From the NCBI GenBank assembly GCA_037045025.1, contig JBAOHM010000019.1: a stretch of DNA of 64,000 nt. The stretch is one strand, 5' to 3'. Positions within the stretch are counted from its first letter, which is position 1; the number at the start of each line of letters is the position of its first letter. Shown here in pieces: positions 50,021-59,403 of the stretch. The DNA is from Nostocoides sp. (GTDB lineage Bacteria > Actinomycetota > Actinomycetes > Actinomycetales > Dermatophilaceae). The translations under genes were made by a program, and so were the position numbers. The notes beneath the pieces are model-generated. The model saw only the letters and a list, made by a program, of their open reading frames with translations, was not told where the DNA came from and ran no database searches.

Positions 50021-50056
50021 GGTTCTGCCGCAACGCAACTGCGTTGCGGCAGAACC
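50021..50056 (+). terminator. Intrinsic terminator-like hairpin after the S53 peptidase gene
   Basis: GGTTCTGCCGCAACGCA / TGCGTTGCGGCAGAACC are perfectly complementary arms (the apical pairs must open to form a loop). TGTTTAT follows. It begins 36 nt after the stop. Confidence 0.6.
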
Positions 50057-50173
50057 TGTTTATCGGCCGTGGCCGGCATCTTCGCAGCTGAGGCGTGCAC
50101 GGAACCTCGGCTCGGCCCCATACTGGTGCGGCAACCACCCCCCTGACGATGCCCCCGAATCCCAGGAGATGCC

Positions 50174-51472
50174 GTGACTGCGTTCCCCCGACGCGCCGGA
50201 ATTAAAGCCTTAGCCGCCACCCCACTGATCACCGCCGCAACCCAGCGGCCGGCAATGGCCGCGCCCCTGCGCGCCCTCGCCATGAACTCCCTGACCTCGA
50301 CGCTCGGCGTCTGCATGGTCACCTCCACCACCGTCGGGCCCTGGGGCCAGCGGCCGCAGATCCTGCAGGCGCTGAGCGACCTCGGCGCCACCTGGTATCG
50401 CACGAACCTCTACACCGGCAACAAGCGCCAGATCAGCTGGCTCCAAGAACTCGGCGCGAACGGCCACCAGCTGCACGCCCTGATGGGCAACCCCTCCCAG
50501 ATGACCGGCACGCCCGAGCCGCTGGTGGCGCTCGTCGCCGCCAGTTTGACCGGCGTGACCCAGTCGTTCGAGGGACCGAACGAATGGGACCTGCGCGGTG
50601 GCGCCGACTGGGTTCCCGAGCTGCGGACCTATCAGACCCGGCTCTACCAGGCCGCCAAGGCCACCGCCGCGACGCGCAACATCCCCGTCGCCGCTCCCGC
50701 CTTCGGCACCCCGTGGAAGTCGACCAGCTACGACGCCTTCGGCTATGCCGGCAACATTTGCGATTGGGGCAATAGCCACATCTACACCGGCGGGTTCGTC
50801 CCCGGATACCGCACCGATTTGATGCTCGACCTGGAACGGCGGGTCAGCGGGCCGATTCCCCAGATGGTCTCCGAGACCGGCTGGCACAACGCGCCGAATA
50901 CCACGACGAGCCACTTCTATACCCCCGAGGCCGTGGCCGGGGTCTATGCCCCGCGGCTGCTGCTGGAGTATGTCGCGCGCGGTGTTCCCAAGATGTCCCT
51001 CTACGAACTCATCAACGACCGGGCCGACCCGGGGGGCACCGACCGCGAAGCCAACTTCGGGTTGTTGCGGTATGACCTCTCCCGCAAGCCGGCATTTCAC
51101 TCGATGGCCAACCTCAACGCGGTGATCAACCAGCAGTTCCGCACCGGCGGCCGGGGCCAGCCGGCGCCGCTCTTTGCCGATATCCAGGTCGAGGCAGGCC
51201 GGCTCGACGAGCTGGCCACCGTGCTGGTGGCCCGCCCCGATGGCCGTTATCTGCTGTTTGTTTGGCGGCCGCTGGCGGCGATCTACGACCCGCGCAAGCG
51301 GCTCTACCTCAACCCCGGGACCATGCCGATGTCCGTCGACTGGACGGCGCCGAAGCGGGTGCGGCGGTTCGTCCCCAACCAGTCCGCCTCGGCGCTGGAG
51401 GTGCGCACCGAGAGCCGCACCGAGCTGACCCTCGGTGCCGAGCTGCAGGTCCTGATCGTCGAACCGGCCTGA
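50174..51472 (+). CDS. Putative secreted glycoside hydrolase (clan GH-A-like TIM barrel) with a Tat-type signal
   Basis: GTG 50174 follows AGGAG. The N-terminus is FPRRAGIKALAATPLITAATQRPAMA. Candidate catalytic motifs are FEGPNEWD (acid/base) and MVSETGWH (nucleophile). I could not assign a GH family. Confidence 0.55.
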   Translation: MTAFPRRAGIKALAATPLITAATQRPAMAAPLRALAMNSLTSTLGVCMVTSTTVGPWGQRPQILQALSDLGATWYRTNLYTGNKRQISWLQELGANGHQLHALMGNPSQMTGTPEPLVALVAASLTGVTQSFEGPNEWDLRGGADWVPELRTYQTRLYQAAKATAATRNIPVAAPAFGTPWKSTSYDAFGYAGNICDWGNSHIYTGGFVPGYRTDLMLDLERRVSGPIPQMVSETGWHNAPNTTTSHFYTPEAVAGVYAPRLLLEYVARGVPKMSLYELINDRADPGGTDREANFGLLRYDLSRKPAFHSMANLNAVINQQFRTGGRGQPAPLFADIQVEAGRLDELATVLVARPDGRYLLFVWRPLAAIYDPRKRLYLNPGTMPMSVDWTAPKRVRRFVPNQSASALEVRTESRTELTLGAELQVLIVEPA

Positions 51473-51555
51473 GCGCGCCCGCCGGATCACCGGCAGGCCC
51501 CGGATCACTGGCAGGCCCCGCCCGGCCCGTGGGTTGGGCTGGTTACGGTGTCGGT

Positions 51556-52608
51556 ATGCCCCCCTCGTCTCGCAAGGCCAGCGCCACGGCCGCCGCCGCT
51601 CCCGACCGCGCCACGCTGCTGGAGGAGCATGTCCGGTTCGAGCTGTCCCGGTGGACGAGTGCCGCGCTCGAGGCGAGCTTGCGCGAGGAGATCGACGCGC
51701 TTTTTGATTGGCTGGCCGGCGTCGACGTCGGCCAGCTGCTGCCGGCGCAGGCGACCGCGCGCACCGTCGCGGACGCGCTGGACCAGGTCGAGGTCAACGA
51801 GGAGGTCATCGCCCTCGCCGTGGAGACCGTTGTGTCCGCGCGCACGGCTCTGCTGGCAAGCGATGACACCGTCTTTGACGCGGTCACCGCGCAGGACCTG
51901 CACGACCTCGTTGACCTCTTGTCCGGTATGGACGAGCTGCGCGCCCGCACATTGGCGGCGGTGACCGACAACTCGGCCTATCACGAGTTCGTCGCGCACG
52001 TCCTTTATCACGGGGTCAAGGCGTTCATGCTCAGCGAGAACGTCCTGGCACGCCGTGTCCCGGGAGCCCAGTCGCTCATCCGGCTGGGTCAACGCGGGCT
52101 GAACTCGGCGGCGCCCGGCTTGGAGGCCAACGTCGACCGGCAGCTGCGCCGCTTCGTGCAGGCCCAGATCGGTGACACGCTTAGCGAGAGCAAGCGTTTC
52201 CTCGATCAGACGCTCACCGGCGACTCCGCCCACGAACTGCTAGACACCATCCTGCGCCCCCTCGGCCCGACGCCGCTGCGCGACCTGGCCGTGGCCATCG
52301 ACTCCGACGACCTGGCTGCGCTGACCGAACAGCTGGCCCCGATCGTGCGCGGGATCCTTGTCTCGGGACTGGCCGGCCGCGTGGTGGCACCGGCCGTGGA
52401 GCGGGTGCTCACGGCATACGCCGACTGCGGGGTGGGCGCGCTGCTCGCGGATCTCGGCGTCGAGCCGGACGCGCTCGCGCGTCAGCTGGCGGCCGCCGTC
52501 CGTCCCGCCGTGGAGCACGCCGACGCGACCGGGTTCTTGGAGGAGCGCATCCGCGCCCGCCTAGGCGCCTTCTATCAGTCTGACGCGTGCTCAATCAGCA
52601 GGCGCTGA
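51556..52608 (+). CDS. Hypothetical protein (350 aa, acidic, Ala/Leu-rich, probably helical)
   Basis: The frame is open with GC3-rich codons. I recognised no motif. The start is tentative at ATG 51556. Confidence 0.5.
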   Translation: MPPSSRKASATAAAAPDRATLLEEHVRFELSRWTSAALEASLREEIDALFDWLAGVDVGQLLPAQATARTVADALDQVEVNEEVIALAVETVVSARTALLASDDTVFDAVTAQDLHDLVDLLSGMDELRARTLAAVTDNSAYHEFVAHVLYHGVKAFMLSENVLARRVPGAQSLIRLGQRGLNSAAPGLEANVDRQLRRFVQAQIGDTLSESKRFLDQTLTGDSAHELLDTILRPLGPTPLRDLAVAIDSDDLAALTEQLAPIVRGILVSGLAGRVVAPAVERVLTAYADCGVGALLADLGVEPDALARQLAAAVRPAVEHADATGFLEERIRARLGAFYQSDACSISRR

Positions 52609-52703
52609 CGCCCCCGAGGCGCTCATCGTCGGGTAACGTCGAGGCGCCCGGGCCATACCGGCCCCGAGGCCCCGAGCTCACCCGAATCGAAAGGAGAGCA
52701 CTA

Positions 52704-52829
52704 ATGAGCTTCTTCTCCAGGTTGAGGAAGGCCCTGGACTTCCGCTCCTCCAGCGCGGACAAGGCCCAAAAGGATGCCGAGAAGGCCGCCCAAGAGGCTG
52801 CGGAGCGCGCCAAAAAGGCCGACGACTGA
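52704..52829 (+). CDS. Small 41-aa protein (MSFFSRLRKALDFRSS..., Lys/Ala/Glu-rich)
   Basis: ATG 52704 lies 5 nt after AAAGGAGAG. The N-terminus is related to that of the LysM protein starting at 53581. Confidence 0.5.
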   Translation: MSFFSRLRKALDFRSSSADKAQKDAEKAAQEAAERAKKADD

Positions 52830-52864
52830 GCTAGGCCCACCCACGGGGTTGGACTCTTCCGCCG

Positions 52865-53232
52865 ACCGGGGACGTGCCCGACACGCTGATCGCCGAGCGC
52901 GGCTATGGCATCCGGATGACGTCGCTCACGCGAACGATTCTCGACGCGCCGCCCGGGCGGGGGGCGCAAGCGGGTCGAGGTCAGTGATCCGACGCTGACC
53001 ACGGATTTCGATGCGTTGATCGATCCGGTCACCCCTGGGGACCCGTGGCCCACAACTGCGGCTGGGTCAGCGTCGGGACCGATCACGACACCGCCGCCTT
53101 TGCGGTGCACACCATCGACACCTGGTGGCGATCCGGTCCGGGAGGCGGTGCCGTCATGGGACGCCAGGCTAACGGGCCCGGGCGACAACGCCGGCGGCCC
53201 GAACAGACGACCCTCGCGTCCGCTCTGTTAGC
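52865..53232 (+). pseudogene. Internally deleted, frameshifted relic of an ISAzo13-type transposase
   Basis: Fragments lie in different frames: GIRMTSLTRTILDAPPGRG, GGRKRVEVSDPTLTTDFDALIDPVTPGDP, NCGWVSVGTDHDTAAFAVHTIDTWW and LTGPGDNAGGPN. They are collinear with my recollection of ISAzo13-family transposases, but about 180 codons are missing after GDP. I saw no terminal repeats. Confidence 0.6.
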
Positions 53233-53307
53233 AGGGCGTTAGCACGCGTGCATCTCGATCACGTCGTCAGCCATTCCAGCACTGCACTTGACCTGCACCT
53301 TCATCGG

Positions 53308-53381
53308 TGGGGCGTCAGGGGCTTGAACCCTGGACCGGCGGATTATGAGTCCGCTGCTCTGACCGACTGAGCTAACGCCCC
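53308..53381 (-). tRNA. tRNA-Met (anticodon CAU), elongator type
   Basis: I folded the cloverleaf by hand: GGGGCGT TA GCTC AGTCGGTCA GAGC A GCGGA CTCATAA TCCGC CGGTC CAGGG TTCAAGC CCCTG ACGCCCC A. G1-C72 is paired, so it is not an initiator. A lysidine-modified tRNA-Ile2 cannot be excluded. CCA is not encoded. Confidence 0.9.
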
Positions 53382-53580
53382 GACCTGCCGCGGCGGCATA
53401 CCGAAGCAGTGACCGCAGCCTATCCAAGCGGCGCGGGCCCACGGCAGGCGGCAAAGGACGGCCATCGCCAAGGCCCTGCCGGGGCCCAGGGCTGCGCTAG
53501 GTTCGTGACTCCGCGAGCCCGAACGGGCTCACCGCGTCGGGCCTGCCCGGCACGACCACACGAAAGGGGTTTCCCAAAGC

Positions 53581-54228
53581 ATGGGCTTCTTGGACAACGT
53601 CAAGGACGCACTCGGCTTCGATTCGCCCGCCGAGAACGCGCGCGAGGCGGCCGACAAGGCCGAGGCGAACGCCGCCGAGGCCGCCTCGAAGGCCGCCAAC
53701 GCCAAGGCCGACGGCGACAACGACTACCCCGAGTTGCAGGCCAAGGCCGATGGCCTCAAGGCCGAGGCCACCTCGCTGCGCGCCGAAGCCGACCGGCTGA
53801 CCGCGGAGGAAGCGGCCCAAAAGAAGGCCGAGGAGACCAAGGACAACAAGGCCGACACTGCCGCCCCGGCGCCCGCCCCCACACCGGCACCCGCCCCCGC
53901 TCCGGCGCCGGCCCCCGAGCCCACGATCGCCCCTGCCCCCGAGCAGAGCAGGTCGGTGCCCGCCCCGGCCGAAGCCGACAAGTCGGCCGCTCCGAAGGAG
54001 GCCGCACCCAAGCCGGCGCAAGAGAAGCCGCGCGAGAAGGCCGCGGACAAGCCGAAGCACGACGACGATGACGACGAGTACATCACCTACACCGTCAAGA
54101 GCGGCGACACCCTCTCCGAGATCGGCGCGCGCTACGGCGTGCCCTACCGGACGATCGCCAAGATCAACCACATCGACAACCCCGACCTGATTTTCCCCGG
54201 TCAGAAGTTCAAGATCCCCAAGCGCTGA
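53581..54228 (+). CDS. LysM-domain protein with an Ala/Glu/Lys-rich region and a Pro-Ala linker
   Basis: The C-terminus is YTVKSGDTLSEIGARYGVPYRTIAKINHIDNPDLIFPGQKFKIP. The N-terminus is MGFLDNVKDALGFDS. Confidence 0.85.
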   Translation: MGFLDNVKDALGFDSPAENAREAADKAEANAAEAASKAANAKADGDNDYPELQAKADGLKAEATSLRAEADRLTAEEAAQKKAEETKDNKADTAAPAPAPTPAPAPAPAPAPEPTIAPAPEQSRSVPAPAEADKSAAPKEAAPKPAQEKPREKAADKPKHDDDDDEYITYTVKSGDTLSEIGARYGVPYRTIAKINHIDNPDLIFPGQKFKIPKR

Positions 54229-54247
54229 CCCCGGCGCACACCTCGCT

Positions 54248-54283
54248 CGAACGCGGCCGTGATCACCATCGCGGCCGCGTTCG
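54248..54283 (+). terminator. Hairpin 20 nt after the LysM gene stop
   Basis: It has a 12-bp stem CGAACGCGGCCG / CGGCCGCGTTCG with a 12-nt loop and no U-tract. Confidence 0.4.
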
Positions 54284-54384
54284 TGCGTCCACCCCGGCCG
54301 CCGGAAGCAAAGCCGGAGGTCTCGAAACGGGAACAAGGCCGTGTTGCCTCGACCCCCACCGGCCCTGGAATGTAGGTTGCGCGC

Positions 54385-55125
54385 ATGGCCCAACCACTGG
54401 TCGTGCTCTCCGGGGTGAACAAGCACTTCGGCGACCTGCACGTGCTGAAGGAGATCAACCTCAGCGTCGAGCGCGGTGAGGTCGTGATCGTCATCGGCCC
54501 CTCCGGCTCGGGGAAGTCGACGATGTGCCGCACGATCAACCGCCTGGAGACGATCGAGTCCGGCACGATCACCATCGACGGCCAGCCGTTGCCGCAGGAG
54601 GGCAAGGGCCTGGCCCGGCTGCGCGCCGACGTCGGGATGGTCTTCCAGGCGTTCAACCTTTTCGCCCACAAGACGATCCTCGACAACATCACGCTCGGCC
54701 CGATCAAGGTGCGCAAGCTGTCCAAGGCTGACGCCGAGAAGCGGGCGATGGAGCTGCTCGATCGCGTCGGCGTCGCCGAGCAGGCCCACAAATACCCCGC
54801 CCAGCTCTCCGGCGGCCAGCAGCAGCGGGTCGCGATCGCCCGCAGCCTGGCGATGGAGCCCAAGGTCATGCTCTTCGACGAGCCGACCTCGGCCCTCGAC
54901 CCCGAGATGATCAACGAGGTCCTCGACGTCATGGTCGCGCTGGCCAAGGAGGGCATGACGATGATCGTCATCACCCACGAGATGGGCTTCGCCCGCAAGG
55001 CGGCCAATCGCGTCGTGTTCATGTCCGACGGCCAAATCGTCGAGGAAGCCAGCCCGCAGGAGTTCTTCACCAACCCAAAGTCCGCGCGCGCCAAGGACTT
55101 CCTCGGCAAGATCCTCACTCACTGA
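54385..55125 (+). CDS. gluA: Glutamate/polar amino-acid ABC transporter ATP-binding protein
   Basis: It has Walker [10 protein letters not shown], the signature [13 protein letters not shown] and Walker [12 protein letters not shown]. Confidence 0.9.
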   Translation: MAQPLVVLSGVNKHFGDLHVLKEINLSVERGEVVIVIGPSGSGKSTMCRTINRLETIESGTITIDGQPLPQEGKGLARLRADVGMVFQAFNLFAHKTILDNITLGPIKVRKLSKADAEKRAMELLDRVGVAEQAHKYPAQLSGGQQQRVAIARSLAMEPKVMLFDEPTSALDPEMINEVLDVMVALAKEGMTMIVITHEMGFARKAANRVVFMSDGQIVEEASPQEFFTNPKSARAKDFLGKILTH

Positions 55126-55164
55126 CACCTCATCCCCCGCGGGAACCAACGGAAGGACACATCA

Positions 55165-56016
55165 ATGAACACACGCAGGATCGGCGCCCTCATCGGGGCC
55201 GCCACGCTGGCGCTCACCTTGACCGCCTGCGGCGACGACTCGGGGGGCACGAGCACGTCCGGCTCGGGAACGGCCGGGGCAGGCGGCGGCAGCGGCGCGA
55301 TCAAGATCGGCATCAAGTTCGATCAGCCGGGCCTTGGCCTGAAGGACGGGAACACCTACTCCGGGTTCGACGTCGATGTCGCCAACTATGTCGCCAAGGA
55401 ACTCGGGCGCAGCCCGGTCACCTTCATCCAGGCCCCGAGCAAGCAGCGCGAGGACCTGATCGCCACCGGCCAGGTCGAGCTGATCTTCGCGACCTACTCG
55501 ATCACCGACGAGCGCAAGCAGAAGGTCTCCTTTGCCGGCCCCTACTTCGTCGCCGGCCAGGACCTCCTCGTCGCTGCCGACAGCGATATCGCCGGCCCGG
55601 AGGACCTCGACGGCAAGAAGCTGTGCTCGGTGACCGGCTCGACCTCGGCCCAGAAGGTCAAGGACAGCTACCCCGGCGTTCAGTTGCAAAACTTCGACAC
55701 CTACAGCAAGTGCCTCGACCTCGTCGTCAACGGCCAGCTCGACGCCCTGACCACCGACAACACGATTCTCGCCGGGTATGCCGCGCAGCCGGCGTACAAG
55801 GGCAAGCTCAAGGTCGTCGGCAAGACCTTCAGCGAGGAGCGCTATGGCGTCGGCCTGAAGAAGGGCGATGTCGCGTTGTGCGAGAAGGTCAACACCGCAC
55901 TGAAGAAGATGGTCGACTCCGGCGACTGGCAAAAGGCCGTCGACGCCAACTTCGGCCCGGCCGGCTTCAAGGTCGACACCTCCACGAACCCGCCCAAGAC
56001 CGACGCCTGCTCCTGA
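55165..56016 (+). CDS. gluB: Amino-acid ABC transporter substrate-binding lipoprotein
   Basis: It has a signal peptide plus lipobox LTLTACG. Family-3 SBP motifs include GFDVDVANYVAKELG and ITDERK. Confidence 0.85.
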   Translation: MNTRRIGALIGAATLALTLTACGDDSGGTSTSGSGTAGAGGGSGAIKIGIKFDQPGLGLKDGNTYSGFDVDVANYVAKELGRSPVTFIQAPSKQREDLIATGQVELIFATYSITDERKQKVSFAGPYFVAGQDLLVAADSDIAGPEDLDGKKLCSVTGSTSAQKVKDSYPGVQLQNFDTYSKCLDLVVNGQLDALTTDNTILAGYAAQPAYKGKLKVVGKTFSEERYGVGLKKGDVALCEKVNTALKKMVDSGDWQKAVDANFGPAGFKVDTSTNPPKTDACS

Positions 56017-56094
56017 TCCGTATGCCGCGCGCCCACCGCTTGCTCGTGGGCGCGCGGTCGCGTCGGTTCGACCCGTCCGCCAAGGAGCTGCCCG

Positions 56095-56775
56095 GTGAGT
56101 GAACTCTTCGACCAGTTCGATATCTGGCACGCCTTCGGGCAGACGCTCTATCTGGCGTTCTTCTCCGCGATCGGTGCCTTCGTCATCGGGGTGCTGCTCG
56201 CGGTGATGCGCGTGGGACCGGTGCGGATCTTCAATGTCGTCGGAACGGCATACGTCAATCTGATCCGCAACACCCCGCTGACGCTGATCGTCACCTTCTG
56301 TCTGCTCGCGCTGCACTATCAGCTGCGGCTCAACCTGGCGCCCGCAGACAGCCCCACATCGATCGTCGACAACGGCGTGCGCTGGGCGATCGTCGGTTTG
56401 GCGGTCTATCACGCGGCATTTGTCTGCGAGGCGATCCGCAGTGGGATCAACACCGTGCCTCCCGGCCAGGCCGAGGCGGCCCGCTCGATCGGCCTGGGGT
56501 TCGGCCAAAGCCTGCGGTATGTCGTTCTGCCGCAGGCTCTTCGCGGCGCGATCGCGCCGCTCGCGTCGGTGCTGATCGCGTTGATCAAGAACACCACGGT
56601 CGCCTATGCGATTGGCGTGGCCGAGACCGCGGCGTTCATGCGGGACGCGTTGGAGTTCCGCATCGATCTGAGCGTCTGGATCTTCCTGATCGTCGCCGGC
56701 TTCTTCGTGCTGCTCACGCTGCCGATCGGCGTCGGATTGACCCACCTGTCCCAACGGATGGCGGTCAAGCGATGA
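56095..56775 (+). CDS. gluC: Amino-acid ABC transporter permease
   Basis: GTG 56095 follows AAGGAG. The EAA-type loop is AFVCEAIRSGINTVPPGQAEAARSIGL. Confidence 0.85.
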   Translation: MSELFDQFDIWHAFGQTLYLAFFSAIGAFVIGVLLAVMRVGPVRIFNVVGTAYVNLIRNTPLTLIVTFCLLALHYQLRLNLAPADSPTSIVDNGVRWAIVGLAVYHAAFVCEAIRSGINTVPPGQAEAARSIGLGFGQSLRYVVLPQALRGAIAPLASVLIALIKNTTVAYAIGVAETAAFMRDALEFRIDLSVWIFLIVAGFFVLLTLPIGVGLTHLSQRMAVKR

Positions 56776-57674
56776 GCGCCTCGGTCCTCTTTGACGCCCC
56801 CGGCCCCAAGGCCCGCGCTCGGCATCGCCTCGTCGCGATCATCGGCGGGCTGCTCACCCTACTCGTCGTCGTCCTCGTCATCCGAGCGCTGGCGCGCAAT
56901 GACGAGTTCACCGGCGCCAAGTGGAGCCCGTTCCTGGAATGGAGCACCTGGCGCTACTACCTGCTGATCGGGTTATGGAACACGATCAAGGGGGCGGCGA
57001 TCTCGGTCGTGCTCGCCCTGGTCTTCGGGTTCGTGTTCGGCGTCGGGCGGCTGTCCGAAGTCCGGCTGGTCCGGTGGGTCAGCGGCGCGATCGTCGAGTT
57101 CTTCCGTGCCGTGCCCGTGCTGATCATGATGATCTTCTTCTTCGGCGTCTATGCCTACAACCAGGTCTTCCCCGCGGCGATCAACCCGCTCGCGGCAGTC
57201 GTGACCGCGTTGACCCTCTACAACGGCTCGGTCATCGCCGAGTTGGTCCGCTCCGGCGTCTACAGCCTGCCGAGCGGGCAGCGCGAGGCGGGCCTGTCGA
57301 TCGGGCTCACCCAGGGCCAGGCACTGCGCTCGATCCTGCTCCCCCAGGCCGTCACCGCGATGCTGCCGGCGATGGTCAGCCAGCTCGTCGTCATCCTCAA
57401 GGACACCGCGCTCGGGACGATCATCACCTATCCGGAGTTGCTGCAGCAGGGCCAAAACCTCGCCTCGAGCAAGTCGAATGTCATTCCCACCCTGCTCGTG
57501 GTCGCGGCGATCTTCATCACGATCAATTACCTGCTCAGCTGGCTCGCCGGCCGCCTGGAGGCGCGGATCAACCGCCGCGGCCACACTGCCGGCACCGCCG
57601 TCGGTCGCGCCCCGACCATCCCCGGTGCCTCGGTGGAGGCCGACCCGGGTGAGCCGCTGACGCAGCCGCGCTGA
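56772..57674 (+). CDS. gluD: Amino-acid ABC transporter permease
   Basis: The sequence contains VIAELVRSGVYSLPSGQREAGLSIGL. The start overlaps the gluC stop (ATGA). Confidence 0.85.
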   Translation: MSASVLFDAPGPKARARHRLVAIIGGLLTLLVVVLVIRALARNDEFTGAKWSPFLEWSTWRYYLLIGLWNTIKGAAISVVLALVFGFVFGVGRLSEVRLVRWVSGAIVEFFRAVPVLIMMIFFFGVYAYNQVFPAAINPLAAVVTALTLYNGSVIAELVRSGVYSLPSGQREAGLSIGLTQGQALRSILLPQAVTAMLPAMVSQLVVILKDTALGTIITYPELLQQGQNLASSKSNVIPTLLVVAAIFITINYLLSWLAGRLEARINRRGHTAGTAVGRAPTIPGASVEADPGEPLTQPR

Positions 57675-57740
57675 CCGGGGTTTCGTGCCGCGCCGAACGG
57701 TTTGCTATGGTTTCCCAGCGCCCATTGGCGCGCCAGACCT

Positions 57741-57813
<73 letters not shown>

Positions 57814-57966
57814 CTCACCCGCTTCTCGTCCCCGCTGCGCCAACCCACCGGCGGCGTGGCGCGTCTGCACGGCATGAGATCTCACCGCCGCAGCTTCGCC
57901 GTGTCTCGGCCGGCTGGGCACGGCCGCGACGTAGCGTTGGACCTCGGTCAACGACGGGAGGATGAC

Positions 57967-59232
57967 ATGGCGGCCACGGCGCGGGGCCCGTGGGCACGAG
58001 CACTACCACTCCTGGCGCTGACGGGAATGCTCATCGGCTGCACCACTGCGACGACGTCCTCGCCGCGGTCAACGTCCTCGTCAACGACACCCGACCCGTC
58101 GGCCGCCGCACGCGCGAAAGCCGAGCGGCTGGCGGCGGCATACGACTATAACGGGGCGATCAGGCTGCTGACCGGGATGCCGGGAGCACAGGATCAGCTC
58201 GCCGAGTTGACCCGCCGCAAGCAGGCAGCCACGGCCTACCCCGACAATGCGACGATCAGCCACCTCTTCTATCACTCGCTGATCGTCGACCCGGCGCGCG
58301 CGTTCTCCAGCCCAACGGCCCGCGGGTATGACGACTACATGGTCACGATCGAGGAGTTCCGGGCCCAACTGCGCGACCTCTACGACCGCGGCTTCGTGCT
58401 GGTGCATCCCGAACGGATTGCCGGCGTCGATGAGGCGGGCGTCGCGGCCTGGAAGCGGATCTATTTACCGCCGGGCAAGCAGCCGCTGGTGCTGTCGGTC
58501 GACGACGTCAACTACTACGAATACATGGAGTCCGACGGATTCGCCGCCCGGCTGACGCTCAATTCTCGCGGCAAGGTCGTCAACGACTACGTCGCCGCAG
58601 ACGGCACGAAGCGCCAAGGCCGCTTCGATGTCGCCCCCATCGTCGACGATTTCGTTGCCAAGCACCCCGACTTCTCCTATCGCGGCGACAAGGGCACGCT
58701 CGGCGTCACCGGCTACAACGGCGTCTTGGGATATCGCAGTTCGATGATCAAGTATGGCGACACCGACACGACCCGCGCCGAGATCACCCGGGCGACCCGG
58801 GTGGCCACGGCCCTGAAAGCCGACGGCTGGCGGTTCGCGTCGCACTCGTGGGGGCACATCGACTTCACCAAGGACAGCGTCGGCATCCTGGCCGCCGACT
58901 CCCAGCGCTGGCGCACCGAGGTCGAACCGATCGTCGGCCCCACGCGGGAGTTCATCTTCCCGTTCGGCGCCGACATCTCCACCGCCGCTCCCTACACGGA
59001 CGCCAACGCGAAATACCGGCTGCTGCACGGCCAATACGGCTTCGACTACTTCTTCCCGATCAACTCCGCCACGCCGTCGTGGATGCAACTGAGCGCCGGC
59101 TCGCTGCGCCAGGCGCGGATCAACGTCGACGGGTTGAGCATGGGCCGGGCGCTGGCCAACAAGCGCCACGTCCTGTGGCAGTTCTTCGACGTCGCCAAGA
59201 GCATCGACGCCCGCCGACCGTCGGTGAAGTGA
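57967..59232 (+). CDS. Polysaccharide deacetylase-family lipoprotein
   Basis: ATG 57967 follows GGGAGG. The lipobox is LTGMLIGCTT. It carries NodB-like motifs PLVLSVDDVNYYEY and FASHSWGHIDF. Confidence 0.65.
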   Translation: MAATARGPWARALPLLALTGMLIGCTTATTSSPRSTSSSTTPDPSAAARAKAERLAAAYDYNGAIRLLTGMPGAQDQLAELTRRKQAATAYPDNATISHLFYHSLIVDPARAFSSPTARGYDDYMVTIEEFRAQLRDLYDRGFVLVHPERIAGVDEAGVAAWKRIYLPPGKQPLVLSVDDVNYYEYMESDGFAARLTLNSRGKVVNDYVAADGTKRQGRFDVAPIVDDFVAKHPDFSYRGDKGTLGVTGYNGVLGYRSSMIKYGDTDTTRAEITRATRVATALKADGWRFASHSWGHIDFTKDSVGILAADSQRWRTEVEPIVGPTREFIFPFGADISTAAPYTDANAKYRLLHGQYGFDYFFPINSATPSWMQLSAGSLRQARINVDGLSMGRALANKRHVLWQFFDVAKSIDARRPSVK

Positions 59233-59403
59233 TAGTGGCCGAGATGGCCGTGGACGGGCCGTGCCGCCCAAACCGCGATGTCGGCCTCGGCGGCACGAGT
59301 GAGACGATAGGTCGTCATCAGCCCGCTGGCTGGGCCCTGCCGACGTGCCTGCCGAGCCCGAAACGGATCCAGCGTCCTCTGCTCTCGAGACCAGCGAAGC
59401 GGA

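Noticed and set aside
53239-53454. A 71-aa ORF on the minus strand.
   Set aside because: It is completely explained by the tRNA-Met gene (53308-53381) and its flanks.
53382-53580. A possible ydaO/cyclic-di-AMP riboswitch upstream of the LysM-domain gene. Such riboswitches precede cell-wall genes in some actinobacteria.
   Set aside because: I found only a short hairpin (GAGCCC-GAAC-GGGCTC). I found none of the conserved ydaO elements I recall. cmsearch with RF00379 would be decisive.
59233-59318. A ParE/RelE-toxin-like N-terminus (MTTYRLTRAAEADI...) on the minus strand, between lutC and the deacetylase gene.
   Set aside because: Only about 14 residues resemble the family. The ORF then runs antisense into the deacetylase 3' end, and no antitoxin ORF is present. 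At best it is a tiny relic, and the evidence is too thin to call.
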